Assembly: GCA_041906505.1 (NCBI GenBank)
Contig: JAYRJB010000014.1
Span: 1-43,250 of the forward strand
DNA length: 43,250 nt
Source: Candidatus Saccharimonadales bacterium
Lineage (GTDB): Bacteria; Patescibacteriota; Saccharimonadia; Saccharimonadales; 2-12-FULL-41-12
Direction: 5' to 3'
Made by a program: the position numbers and the translations under genes. This document shows, in pieces, positions 17,027 through 26,374 of this stretch. How positions within the stretch are numbered: the first letter of the stretch is position 1; the number at the start of each line of letters is the position of its first letter. Under the pieces are notes generated by a model. The model was not told the DNA's origin and ran no database searches. It was given only the letters and a program-made list of their open reading frames with translations.

Positions 17027-17713
17027 ATGAAAATACATAGATTTTATGTTGGAGAACGATTTAAACTCAAAAAAGATTTTTGGGTTCATGAGGAATCTTT
17101 GTTGTGGCAGTGGAACAAGGTGCTGCGGTTTCGCCCAGGCCAGCAATTAGTGCTGTTCGATGGGCTACAGACCGACAGGCTTTATGAGATTGTTGAACTC
17201 AAAAAGACCGAAGCACACCTGGTGATGCAAACTGAACTGGATCGGGTGCTGCCAAAAAAACACATCTATCTGTTATGGAGCTTACTCAAAAAAGACAATA
17301 ACGACCTGGTGCTGCAGAAGTGTACCGAGCTTGGAGTTTCCAATTTTGTGCCGATTATCTCGGAGCGATCAATCAGAAAAGACTTTAACCTTGATCGAGC
17401 AAAAAGAATAATTATTGAAGCGGCCGAGCAGTGTGGGCGATCGACCATTCCATTTATTCGTGAACCCGTACATCTGCAAAAAGCAATGGATGAGTATAAA
17501 GATAAGTTGCCAATATTCGTTGCTCATCAAGGCGAGTCTAGAGATGTTGAAGTGCCAGATATATGTGGTGCTTTGATCGGTCCAGAAGGGGGTTGGAGCG
17601 TGACAGAATTGGAACTTTTCAAGGCGCTCGAGCTACCACATATGTCGGTAAGTGAATTTACTCTTCGAGCAGAAACTGCCGCTGTGGCAACAACCGCCAG
17701 ACTGCTACAATAG
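17027..17713 (+). CDS. rsmE: 16S rRNA m3U1498 methyltransferase
   Basis: KVLR, QKCTELGV, EAAEQCGR, IGPEGGW, LRAETAA. Confidence 0.95.
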   Translation: MKIHRFYVGERFKLKKDFWVHEESLLWQWNKVLRFRPGQQLVLFDGLQTDRLYEIVELKKTEAHLVMQTELDRVLPKKHIYLLWSLLKKDNNDLVLQKCTELGVSNFVPIISERSIRKDFNLDRAKRIIIEAAEQCGRSTIPFIREPVHLQKAMDEYKDKLPIFVAHQGESRDVEVPDICGALIGPEGGWSVTELELFKALELPHMSVSEFTLRAETAAVATTARLLQ

Positions 17714-17719
17714 ATGGCA

Positions 17720-18514
17720 ATGAGCTATAGCAGAGAGAGGACCCAGCCTTACTTGCCGGGACAGACCAAGCCGTTCAAGGTGAGTCGAACCAAGATAGAA
17801 GATTTTGTTACTTGCCAACGATGCTTTTGGCTAGATCGACGAATGAAGATTCCGCGACCAAGTTCGCCCCCGTTCAACATCAATAAAGCAATTGATGAAC
17901 TTTTCAAAAAAGAGTTTGACGCCCACCGAAAGGCAGGCACAAAACATCCACTGCAAAAGAAGTTTAAGATTGATGCAGTACCATTTACCCACGAAGAGCT
18001 AGACATCTGGAGAACGAATTTTACAGGAGTGCAGGCGTTGCATGAGCCAACAAACTTACTCGTGTTTGGCGCAGTCGATGATGTTTGGGTTAATCCAGGC
18101 GGTGAGCTTATTGTGGTTGACTATAAAGCCACGGCGAAGACAAAAGAAATTACCGATCTTGAACCAAAAGGCACATGGCACGATATGTATCGTCGGCAGA
18201 TGGAGGTGTATCAGTGGTTGCTTCGGCAGAAGGGCTTTAAGGTCAGCAACACGGGTTACTTTGTGTATGCCAATGGCGACGCCAGCGCCAGTGATTTTGG
18301 TGACGTGCTGCGGTTTCGCACCCATGTATTCCCACATGTTGGCGACGACTCGTGGGTTGAGCCAACATTAGAGAAAATGAAAGATTGCCTCGAAGGTGAT
18401 ATGCCGCCGGTTGGAAAGGCCGCAATGGGTGGCGACTGCGAGTTCTGTGGATATGCTCGTAAACGCACCGAATTAACTATTGACCACGTTCAAAATACAA
18501 GGAAGCAGATCTGA
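17720..18514 (+). CDS. PD-(D/E)XK (RecB/Cas4-like) nuclease family protein
   Basis: GAVDD, VVDYK, QMEVY, plus N-terminal CQRC and C-terminal CEFC. ATG 17720 lies 8 nt after TACAAT. Confidence 0.85.
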   Translation: MSYSRERTQPYLPGQTKPFKVSRTKIEDFVTCQRCFWLDRRMKIPRPSSPPFNINKAIDELFKKEFDAHRKAGTKHPLQKKFKIDAVPFTHEELDIWRTNFTGVQALHEPTNLLVFGAVDDVWVNPGGELIVVDYKATAKTKEITDLEPKGTWHDMYRRQMEVYQWLLRQKGFKVSNTGYFVYANGDASASDFGDVLRFRTHVFPHVGDDSWVEPTLEKMKDCLEGDMPPVGKAAMGGDCEFCGYARKRTELTIDHVQNTRKQI

Positions 18515-18532
18515 AGAGGTTATACTAGAGCT

Positions 18533-19777
18533 ATGATTGACATTCAATTCATTAGAGATAATCCGACGCTGGTCAAAGAAAAATCCAAACAAAAAGGCTA
18601 CGACGTCGACATTGATGCACTTTTGAAGCTTGATCAAGAGAGAAAGGACTTGCTGATCCAGGTTGAAACACTTCGCCAACAACGCAATGAAATAGCTGGC
18701 AGAATGAAGGGCGGTAGACCTGCCGAAGCTGATATAGACGAGGGGAAACGGGTCAAAGTAGAGCTGGCCGCGCGCGAAGAACTTCTAAATAAGACTGAGT
18801 CCGAATGGCTTGATCTGCTTAAGACGGTGCCAAATCCAGCAGCAGACGATGTGCCGGTCGGTGATGAAGACAAAAGTACAGAAGTCGGATCATTTGGCGA
18901 AAAAAATGCAGGGGCTACTGACCATCTCGACTTGGCTGAGAAAAAAGACTGGATAGACTTCGAGCGTGGTGCGAAGGTTGCTGGAGCCAAGTTCTATTAT
19001 CTGAAAGGTGATCTTGCGCTTTTGGAAAATGCGTTGACTCAATATGCCCTAGATTTTATTACCAAAAAAGGTTTCACATTTATGACAGTTCCGCATCTTG
19101 TCAGTTCGCAAGTTATGAGTGGTGCTGGCTTCTCGCCCCGTACGAGTGATCAAAGCGATGAGTATTTCATTGACGGCGAAGATCTTGGTCTTATAGCCAC
19201 GGCCGAAATCCCGTTGACCGGTTATCACAAGGACGAGATCATTGATGAGGAACAGCTGCCACTGAAGTATGTTGCTCTCAGTCCGTGCTACCGCAAGGAG
19301 GCTGGTGCGTATGGCAAGCATGCTCGAGGACTCTTCCGCGTCCACCAATTTAACAAACTAGAGATGTACGCGTTTACGACTCCAGATTCGAGCCAACAAA
19401 TGCACGAAGATATGTTAAAGATCGAAGAGGAACTTTGGCAGAGCATCGGTATTCCGTATCACGTTATTAACATCGCATCGGGTGATCTTGGTGCGCCCGC
19501 AGTCAAAAAGTATGACATTGAGTATTGGTCTAAGGTAGATTCCCAGTACCGCGAACTAACCAGTTGTTCTAACTGTACGGATTATCAAGCGCGAAATCTA
19601 AACATTCGAATGCGCCGCAAAGATGGTGGGATAGAGATACTACACACACTCAATGGCACAGCCGTCGCGCTCGCAAGGTCTCTAATAGCGATAATTGAGC
19701 ATTTTCAGACAGAGAATGGCGATCTTCGTATACCAGAGGTTCTAAAGCCGTATATGGGTAATCGAGACACGATTTAG
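18533..19777 (+). CDS. serS: Serine--tRNA ligase
   Basis: MIDIQFIR, PNP, ATAEIPL, YRKEAG, GLFRVHQF, ELTSCSNCTDYQAR, HTLNGT. Confidence 0.98.
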   Translation: MIDIQFIRDNPTLVKEKSKQKGYDVDIDALLKLDQERKDLLIQVETLRQQRNEIAGRMKGGRPAEADIDEGKRVKVELAAREELLNKTESEWLDLLKTVPNPAADDVPVGDEDKSTEVGSFGEKNAGATDHLDLAEKKDWIDFERGAKVAGAKFYYLKGDLALLENALTQYALDFITKKGFTFMTVPHLVSSQVMSGAGFSPRTSDQSDEYFIDGEDLGLIATAEIPLTGYHKDEIIDEEQLPLKYVALSPCYRKEAGAYGKHARGLFRVHQFNKLEMYAFTTPDSSQQMHEDMLKIEEELWQSIGIPYHVINIASGDLGAPAVKKYDIEYWSKVDSQYRELTSCSNCTDYQARNLNIRMRRKDGGIEILHTLNGTAVALARSLIAIIEHFQTENGDLRIPEVLKPYMGNRDTI

Positions 19778-19793
19778 ATAAAAGGAGGGTCCT

Positions 19794-20159
19794 ATGATCA
19801 AATCAATACAACTCAGCGGTGTTCACAGCCAAATTACTGATGACGAAAAAAAATATGTCCGCCGAAAAGTTGGTGGCCTTGAAAGATATGTGCCAAAAGA
19901 CGCCCGAAGAAGTGTGGCAGCCGAGGTAAAACTGAAGCAAAAGAAAGCCAAAGACAAACAGACATATGAGTGCGAAGTCATTCTAAATCTGCCAAAAGCC
20001 ACACTTGCTGCACACGAGAAAGCAACTACCGCGCTTGCCGCAATCGATCTTGTTGAGGCAAATCTACGCAACCAACTCAAGAAATATAAAGACAAACACG
20101 GATCATCCAGGTTCCGTCGACATATTATTGCCCGCTTTAAACGCAAAAGCCTGCGTTAG
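19794..20159 (+). CDS. hpf: Ribosome hibernation factor, short HPF/RaiA type
   Basis: S30AE-like fold pattern (ITDDEKKYVRRKV, AIDLVEANLRNQLKKYK), strong SD AAGGAGG, directly before secA. Confidence 0.85.
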   Translation: MIKSIQLSGVHSQITDDEKKYVRRKVGGLERYVPKDARRSVAAEVKLKQKKAKDKQTYECEVILNLPKATLAAHEKATTALAAIDLVEANLRNQLKKYKDKHGSSRFRRHIIARFKRKSLR

Positions 20160-20255
20160 ATTCGCCTAACAGAGTAATTACACTTACCATTTCACCTTCA
20201 CTGCGCTACAATATAAAGCAGTTTAGTAAAAACTAGCGAGGGAAAATCCTAATCT

Positions 20256-22862
20256 ATGAAGAATAAGGTATTGAAGCGTGTCCTTGGTGATCCTCAGATT
20301 CGTACACTCAAGCGGCTGAAAAAGCGCGTGGTCGACATCAACAAGCTGGAGAATAAGTACAAAAAGCTATCGGATGCACAATTAAAAGAACAGACTAGTC
20401 TTCTAAAAAAACGGCTTCAAAAAGAAACGCTCGACAAGATACTTCCCGATGCCTTTGCCTTAGTGCGGGAGGCTTCTGGTAGGACGCTTGGTATGCGGCA
20501 TTTCGATGTGCAGTTGATGGGAGGCATTGCACTGCATAACGGAAGCGTTGCCGAGATGAAAACGGGTGAGGGAAAAACACTGGTTGCAACTGCCCCAGTG
20601 TATTTGAACGCGCTTACTGGCAAAGGCGTCCACGTGGTTACGGTAAATGATTATCTTGCTCAAAGGGATGCGGGCTGGATGGGTGAAGTCTATGATTTTT
20701 TGGGTCTCAGTGTTGGCGTAATTATTGCCGAAGCCTCATTTCTCTACGATAAAAACCACAAGAATGCCGATCATGAGGATCGCCGCATGCAAAAACTGAA
20801 GCCTTGTACCAGGCAAGAGGCCTACAATGCGGACATTACCTACGGAACAAACAACGAATATGGGTTTGATTATCTGCGCGACAACATGGTTAGCCAAACC
20901 GAACAGTTACGCCAGCGCGAGCTAAACTTCGCAATTGTCGATGAGGTTGACTCAATCCTTGTCGATGAGGCTCGAACGCCGTTAATTATTTCGGCTCCCT
21001 CTACCGCGAGTGGTACAGCCTATCAGCAGTTTGCAAAGGTTGTGAGGGCTCTAGAGAAAGATGTGCATTACGAGGTCGACGAAAAACGGAAGTCGTCAGT
21101 ATTAACCGATGAGGGGATTGACCAAGTTGAAAAAGTCCTAGGAATCACTAACCTCTATGCCTCAACAAACATTCGTACGCTCTATCACTTAGAGCAAGCA
21201 CTTCGGGCTCAAGCGCTCTTTAAGCGTGATAAAGATTATGTTGTTACCACTGATGGCGAAGTGGTCATTGTGGACGAGTTTACCGGGCGCTTACTAAAAG
21301 GACGGCGGTACAACGAGGGGCTTCATCAAGCAATCGAGGCAAAAGAAGGGGTAGAGATTCAAGAAGAATCAATGACGCTTGCCACGATAAGTTTCCAAAA
21401 CTATTTCCGCTTGTATGAAAAACTTTCGGGAATGACGGGAACGGCAACAACCGAAGCTGAAGAGTTTCACCAAGTATATAAACTCGATGTGGTCGAAATT
21501 CCGCCGAATATGAAACTCATTAGGGTTGATAGACCGGATAGAATATACAAGACCGAAAATGGGAAGTTTCGATCCATTATTAAAGAGGTCAAACGGCTTC
21601 ACAAAAAGGGACAGCCGGTGCTTATCGGTACGGTGTCAATCGAGCGGAACGAGCGACTAAGCCGCCTCCTTAAAGAAGCGGGTATTCCACATCAAGTTTT
21701 GAACGCCAAGAATAATGAGAGAGAAGCGACTATTGTTGCCAAAGCGGGAAGAAAAGGCGCAGTAACGCTCGCCACAAATATTGCTGGTAGGGGTACTGAC
21801 ATTGTGCTTGATGATGATGCCAAAAAGGCCGGCGGGTTATTTGTGCTCGGTTCTGAACGTCATGAGTCAAGGCGAATTGACAATCAGCTTCGTGGTCGCT
21901 CGGGTAGGCAAGGTGATCCAGGTGAGACGCAATTTTTTGTAAGCTGCGAAGACGATCTGATGCGCATTTTTGGTGGGGATCGTATCCTAAGCGTCATGAA
22001 CAGGCTAAAAGTAGACGAAGAGACACCGATAGAGAACCGAGTTATTAGTAAGAGCCTAGAGGCCTCGCAAAAGAAGGTTGAGGGCTTTAACTTCGACGCT
22101 CGAAAAGACGTGGTGAAATATGACGACGTTATGAATCGTCATCGAAAAGCCACCTACAGCATGCGAGGCGAAATTCTTCGACAAGCGAACATTAGCAAGC
22201 GCGTGAACGAGTTTATTACATCAGAAGCCAAAGATTTGGCCCATTCACCGCTTGCAACCACCGAACAATACGAGGATGTGCTCAAGGAAGTGTTTCCGTT
22301 CGATGAAAAAACTCTGGATAAACTATTTGATGAGCCTTCTAACACCTTTGAGAAAGAGCTTGCCGTCCAGGCGAGAACGCTTTACAAGGAGCAAGAGGAG
22401 CGATTCGGAGAGGATATTCTCCGAAAGATCGAGCGCGACATCTACCTGGAGACCCTTGATAACTACTGGATGCAGCACCTTGAGAACATGGAGCATCTTC
22501 GCGAGGGTATCCGCTGGATCGCCGTTGGCCAGAGGGATCCTCTGGTAGAGTACCGACGCCAGTCACAACGAATGTTCGAGGAGATGCAGGTCAATTTGCG
22601 ACATGACGTTGTTCGCTCCCTGTATCACGCTCGCCCGATTGACGAAAGCCAGCTCGATAGAGCGGCAGAGACTGACCTTACGCGGGCTGCACGTAATGCG
22701 GTTGATAATGCCGATAAAATTCTTGATGCGGATGAGTTTAAAGAAGTTGACTTTATCTCTGAAAAACAACAAAGGTCACGGGCAAAAAAACAGGCCGAAA
22801 AGCGCAAAAAAGCCCGAAAAAGTGAGCGCCAAAACAAAAAGAAAGCCAAAAAGCGTCGCTAA
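20256..22862 (+). CDS. secA: Preprotein translocase subunit SecA
   Basis: MKTGEGKT, VDEVDSILVDEARTPLIIS, GMTGTA, ATNIAGRGTDI, QLRGRSGRQGDPG. No SEC-C motif, basic tail. Confidence 0.98.
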   Translation: MKNKVLKRVLGDPQIRTLKRLKKRVVDINKLENKYKKLSDAQLKEQTSLLKKRLQKETLDKILPDAFALVREASGRTLGMRHFDVQLMGGIALHNGSVAEMKTGEGKTLVATAPVYLNALTGKGVHVVTVNDYLAQRDAGWMGEVYDFLGLSVGVIIAEASFLYDKNHKNADHEDRRMQKLKPCTRQEAYNADITYGTNNEYGFDYLRDNMVSQTEQLRQRELNFAIVDEVDSILVDEARTPLIISAPSTASGTAYQQFAKVVRALEKDVHYEVDEKRKSSVLTDEGIDQVEKVLGITNLYASTNIRTLYHLEQALRAQALFKRDKDYVVTTDGEVVIVDEFTGRLLKGRRYNEGLHQAIEAKEGVEIQEESMTLATISFQNYFRLYEKLSGMTGTATTEAEEFHQVYKLDVVEIPPNMKLIRVDRPDRIYKTENGKFRSIIKEVKRLHKKGQPVLIGTVSIERNERLSRLLKEAGIPHQVLNAKNNEREATIVAKAGRKGAVTLATNIAGRGTDIVLDDDAKKAGGLFVLGSERHESRRIDNQLRGRSGRQGDPGETQFFVSCEDDLMRIFGGDRILSVMNRLKVDEETPIENRVISKSLEASQKKVEGFNFDARKDVVKYDDVMNRHRKATYSMRGEILRQANISKRVNEFITSEAKDLAHSPLATTEQYEDVLKEVFPFDEKTLDKLFDEPSNTFEKELAVQARTLYKEQEERFGEDILRKIERDIYLETLDNYWMQHLENMEHLREGIRWIAVGQRDPLVEYRRQSQRMFEEMQVNLRHDVVRSLYHARPIDESQLDRAAETDLTRAARNAVDNADKILDADEFKEVDFISEKQQRSRAKKQAEKRKKARKSERQNKKKAKKRR

Positions 22863-22892
22863 TCATTAACGAGTATTTCTGGGAGCCTCATA

Positions 22893-24179
22893 ATGAAACA
22901 CACAGTTAAAGAAGTCGTTTTAGACAACGGAGCGAAGGGCGTGCTCGTCCATGTCCCAGATGCATCAGTAATGTCCTTTCGGATTGACTTTAGGGCTGGC
23001 GAATACCTTGTCGATCGTAAGATATGGGAAGCGCCGCATATTATGGAGCATTTATTGCTCGGCGCGAATAAGCGAATTCCGAAAGCACGCGCTTTTCAAG
23101 CCGAGTTTGAGAAGAATGGAGCCTATTGCAATGCCAGCACTGGGCCGTACGACATTATGTATGAAGCAGAGTGTGCCGACTTTGAGTGGCAGAGAATAAT
23201 GAATTGGTTGCTGGTCGCCATTACCGAACCGTTGTTTTTAGAAGACGAGTACAAAGCCGAAGTTGGTAATGTAAGAGAAGAGCTGACCGCTAGATCGAAT
23301 AGTCACTTTCGTCACCTCAGTATTGCGCTCCGAGAAGCCTATGGATTTTTTAGCGTTACCGATCAAGAGCGCCTAAAGCTAATGAAAAACGTCTCGATTG
23401 ACGACATAAAAAACCACTACAAAGCCACCCACTATACGAGCAATATGCGGTTTATGATTTCTGGAAATATTACCCGTACCCGTCGCGAGCAAATCACCAC
23501 AGCCCTTAATTCGCTGGCTCTCCCAAAAGGGAAAACCCGCAAAGAGCTGCCCGTTGAGGTCCCGAAATTAATTGAGTCGCCACTAGTTATTCGGAATCGA
23601 ACGGTGGACAATTATTATTTTTATTTTGACACTTTTGTAAAGCGGCGAATGACAAACCAAGAACTTATTTCGATGAGCTTACTAAATGACATGATGACAG
23701 GCACCTTGTATTCAAGAATCTTGGGTACCGCACGGGAACGGGGCTTGGTGTACAGCATGAGCTCGGGAGTAAGCTTTGACAGAACGAGCACAGATTGGTG
23801 GTTTGGTGCCCAAGTCCGCCCGGATAATGCCCGCAAACTTTTCGAAGTCGTCGTAACTGAACTTGAGCAAGTTTTTGCCGGCAAAATTACCAAAGATGAG
23901 ATTGATGCTGCCAAAATGCACCGACTTGGTACTTATCAGAGGGGTTATCAAACTGTGGCGGCCCTCGGTGGCTATTATTCTGGACAGTACTTTTTTGATG
24001 ACACCTATGTGGATTACCATATGCTTCCAGAACGAATTAAGGAAGTCACAAAGCGTCAAATGGTTGCCTGTGCCAAGGAGTTGTTCTCTGAGAACATCTG
24101 GGGTTTTGGCTTGCTGGGAAATCCCAAGAAAGAAGAAGTGCAAGCAATACACGATCAGTTACGCCGACTGTGGTCCTAG
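22893..24179 (+). CDS. M16 (insulinase-like) zinc peptidase
   Basis: Inverted Zn motif HIMEH, NAST, VREE, RERGLVYS. Confidence 0.85.
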   Translation: MKHTVKEVVLDNGAKGVLVHVPDASVMSFRIDFRAGEYLVDRKIWEAPHIMEHLLLGANKRIPKARAFQAEFEKNGAYCNASTGPYDIMYEAECADFEWQRIMNWLLVAITEPLFLEDEYKAEVGNVREELTARSNSHFRHLSIALREAYGFFSVTDQERLKLMKNVSIDDIKNHYKATHYTSNMRFMISGNITRTRREQITTALNSLALPKGKTRKELPVEVPKLIESPLVIRNRTVDNYYFYFDTFVKRRMTNQELISMSLLNDMMTGTLYSRILGTARERGLVYSMSSGVSFDRTSTDWWFGAQVRPDNARKLFEVVVTELEQVFAGKITKDEIDAAKMHRLGTYQRGYQTVAALGGYYSGQYFFDDTYVDYHMLPERIKEVTKRQMVACAKELFSENIWGFGLLGNPKKEEVQAIHDQLRRLWS

Positions 24180-24214
24180 GTGCGGCGCTTGCTATACTTT
24201 AAGGAGAGCAGCCT

Positions 24215-25306
24215 ATGGAAAATCTTGAGAAGGAACTAGAGGTTTTTAGAAAAGAAGTGCATACTGCGCTCCAATCTTTTGGGTATGACAAGAAGTTGGG
24301 AACATATAAATCGCTAGTAGAGGTTTCTGAGCGGCCGGGTTTTTGGGACGATAGTTCTGAGGCCCAGAAACACATGCAACAACTTGCCACCCTCAACTCA
24401 AGCCTAGAACCATGGACGGAGTTGCGACGACAAACCGAAGAACTCAATGAGCTCGTAAAACTCGGCGATGATTCTCTGCGACAAGAGTTACAAGAAAATC
24501 TAAAACGAGCAAAAAATTTGTTCAACAAAATCAAAGTTGATCTTCGTTTTAACGGCACCCATGACGATCACAGTGCAATCTTGAGTATCTATAGTGGCGC
24601 AGGTGGGACAGATGCCCAAGATTGGACGCAGATGCTAGCAAGGATGTACTTTAGATGGGCAGAAAAACATAAGTTAAAGCTTGGTGTACTCGAGGAATCT
24701 CCCGGCGAAGAGGCGGGGCTCAAGAGCGTTCGTTATGAAATTGATGGCCCAAATGTCTATGGCAAACTGAGGGGCGAACACGGTGTTCATAGACTGGTTC
24801 GGCTTAGCCCATTTAATGCGAATAATCTTCGCCAAACAAGTTTTGCAAAAGTAGAAGTGCTTCCAAAAATTGTTGCAAAAACAGAGTTACCTTTGGACGA
24901 ATCTGACTTAAAGATAGATGTGTATAGAGCTGGCGGTCACGGTGGTCAAAGTGTAAATACGACTGACTCAGCGGTTCGAATCACGCACCTGCCGACGGGG
25001 ATTGTGGTAAGTATCCAAAACGAACGGTCCCAACTGCAAAACAAAGAAACAGCCATGACAATAGTGCGTTCAAAACTGGCACAACTGCAATTAGAACAAC
25101 ACAAAGAAAAACTGAGCGAACTAAAGGGTCCCAACCAGTCAGCCGAGTGGGGTAATCAGATAAGATCGTACGTGCTCCACCCTTATAAACAGGTTAAAGA
25201 TCTCCGTACGCGCTACGAAACTTCAGATCCAGATGCTGTGCTAGACGGTGACCTAGACGGTCTGATTGACGCCTATCTAGAGCACGACTTAAGTAAGGCA
25301 GCATAA
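24215..25306 (+). CDS. prfB: Peptide chain release factor 2 (no internal frameshift)
   Basis: GAGGTDAQDW, GEHGVHRLVRLSPF (SPF), GGQSVN, WGNQIRSYV. Uninterrupted 363-codon ORF. Confidence 0.97.
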   Translation: MENLEKELEVFRKEVHTALQSFGYDKKLGTYKSLVEVSERPGFWDDSSEAQKHMQQLATLNSSLEPWTELRRQTEELNELVKLGDDSLRQELQENLKRAKNLFNKIKVDLRFNGTHDDHSAILSIYSGAGGTDAQDWTQMLARMYFRWAEKHKLKLGVLEESPGEEAGLKSVRYEIDGPNVYGKLRGEHGVHRLVRLSPFNANNLRQTSFAKVEVLPKIVAKTELPLDESDLKIDVYRAGGHGGQSVNTTDSAVRITHLPTGIVVSIQNERSQLQNKETAMTIVRSKLAQLQLEQHKEKLSELKGPNQSAEWGNQIRSYVLHPYKQVKDLRTRYETSDPDAVLDGDLDGLIDAYLEHDLSKAA

Positions 25307-25384
25307 TTGACTTTGACAATAATGTCGAAGTTATGGCAAAATATTCTTCATAAGGTATAAGTGTGTGAGCTTAGGAGTTTTGGC

Positions 25385-26332
25385 ATGGAGATTAAGGGCA
25401 ACGGACTAACCGTACAAGTTGATCCCGCAGAACAAACGGATCAGTGGCTTGTGAGCGCGGCAACAGAAATTCGTGAAGCTGCTGAGGCGCGAGGCTTAGA
25501 AGTACCCGCCTTTACTGGCTTGGTGGCGGTAGAAGGTGCGACTGGTGAGATTGACGTAGATACAACCGCTGAGATCGAACGATATGAAGTTAATCCAGCT
25601 GACGTGAAAGAATCTCTTCTTGGGCAGCTTGATACTGCATTTCGTGGCTATAAGACAGTTGCCGAACACATCAATGGAGGTCGAAAGCCGAAAGAACAAG
25701 TCGCGGTAGCCGATCAAGAAACGGTAGCAACAGAACTTGCAACTTGGTTAACTGATGAAAAAGTTGAATACATTGCTCGCGCCCAAGGAGCTGACCCAAG
25801 CTTGCGCTGGACAGTAATTGCTTCGCCAAACAATGTTGAGGTTGATCCTAAAGAAGCCCAAAAGCTGGCGATAGAATTCGGTAAAAACCAATCCCATCAA
25901 GCCTTCACGTGGAGCTCCATCTGGAGCCCCATCTTAATACGCTATACGGCCGCAGAACTTTCCGGTACTGATGCTAGTAACGGCAATAAAATACGTTTTG
26001 CCGCTGTACCAAGCAAACCGACCCCAGAACTTTACGGTACAGTTGCTGCTCAGCGCGATGCGTTGGCTAAACTGCAAGCCGACATGCCCGATGTTAGGGT
26101 CTCTAGTTATTTAGACGATCTAGTGTACTGGCATACGCTCCGCGCCCAAGGTGATGATCTTGCTCATGGTGATGTCTTTGGTCGAACCTACAACTGTCAC
26201 TTTGACTTGCCCGAACAGAGCTTTGGCCGCGATAGCCACGTGCTCGACTCGTATGTCCGCAGCAGTGGCATGCCGAGCGTGGATGGATCGGATTTTCTCG
26301 GTGTCCACCACGGTCGTGCCCTGGTTGGGTAA
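25385..26332 (+). CDS. Hypothetical protein; candidate DGR target with a variable-region-like 3' end
   Basis: AGGAG at 25373-25377 fits ATG 25385. The final 36 codons are A-poor and mostly NNC/NNT. The DGR interpretation is inference. Confidence 0.7.
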   Translation: MEIKGNGLTVQVDPAEQTDQWLVSAATEIREAAEARGLEVPAFTGLVAVEGATGEIDVDTTAEIERYEVNPADVKESLLGQLDTAFRGYKTVAEHINGGRKPKEQVAVADQETVATELATWLTDEKVEYIARAQGADPSLRWTVIASPNNVEVDPKEAQKLAIEFGKNQSHQAFTWSSIWSPILIRYTAAELSGTDASNGNKIRFAAVPSKPTPELYGTVAAQRDALAKLQADMPDVRVSSYLDDLVYWHTLRAQGDDLAHGDVFGRTYNCHFDLPEQSFGRDSHVLDSYVRSSGMPSVDGSDFLGVHHGRALVG

Positions 26333-26374
26333 AACCTAACGCAAGCCAAACGGTTTGATGCTATAATAGTGCTA

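Noticed and set aside
17720-18514. Cas4-like nuclease as a sign of CRISPR-Cas
   Set aside because: No repeat-spacer array and no cas1, cas2 or effector genes in the window.
26333-26360. DGR hairpin/cruciform after the candidate variable region
   Set aside because: Only weak AT-rich stems (CAAA-CGG-TTTG), not the GC-rich stem expected. This counts slightly against an active target.
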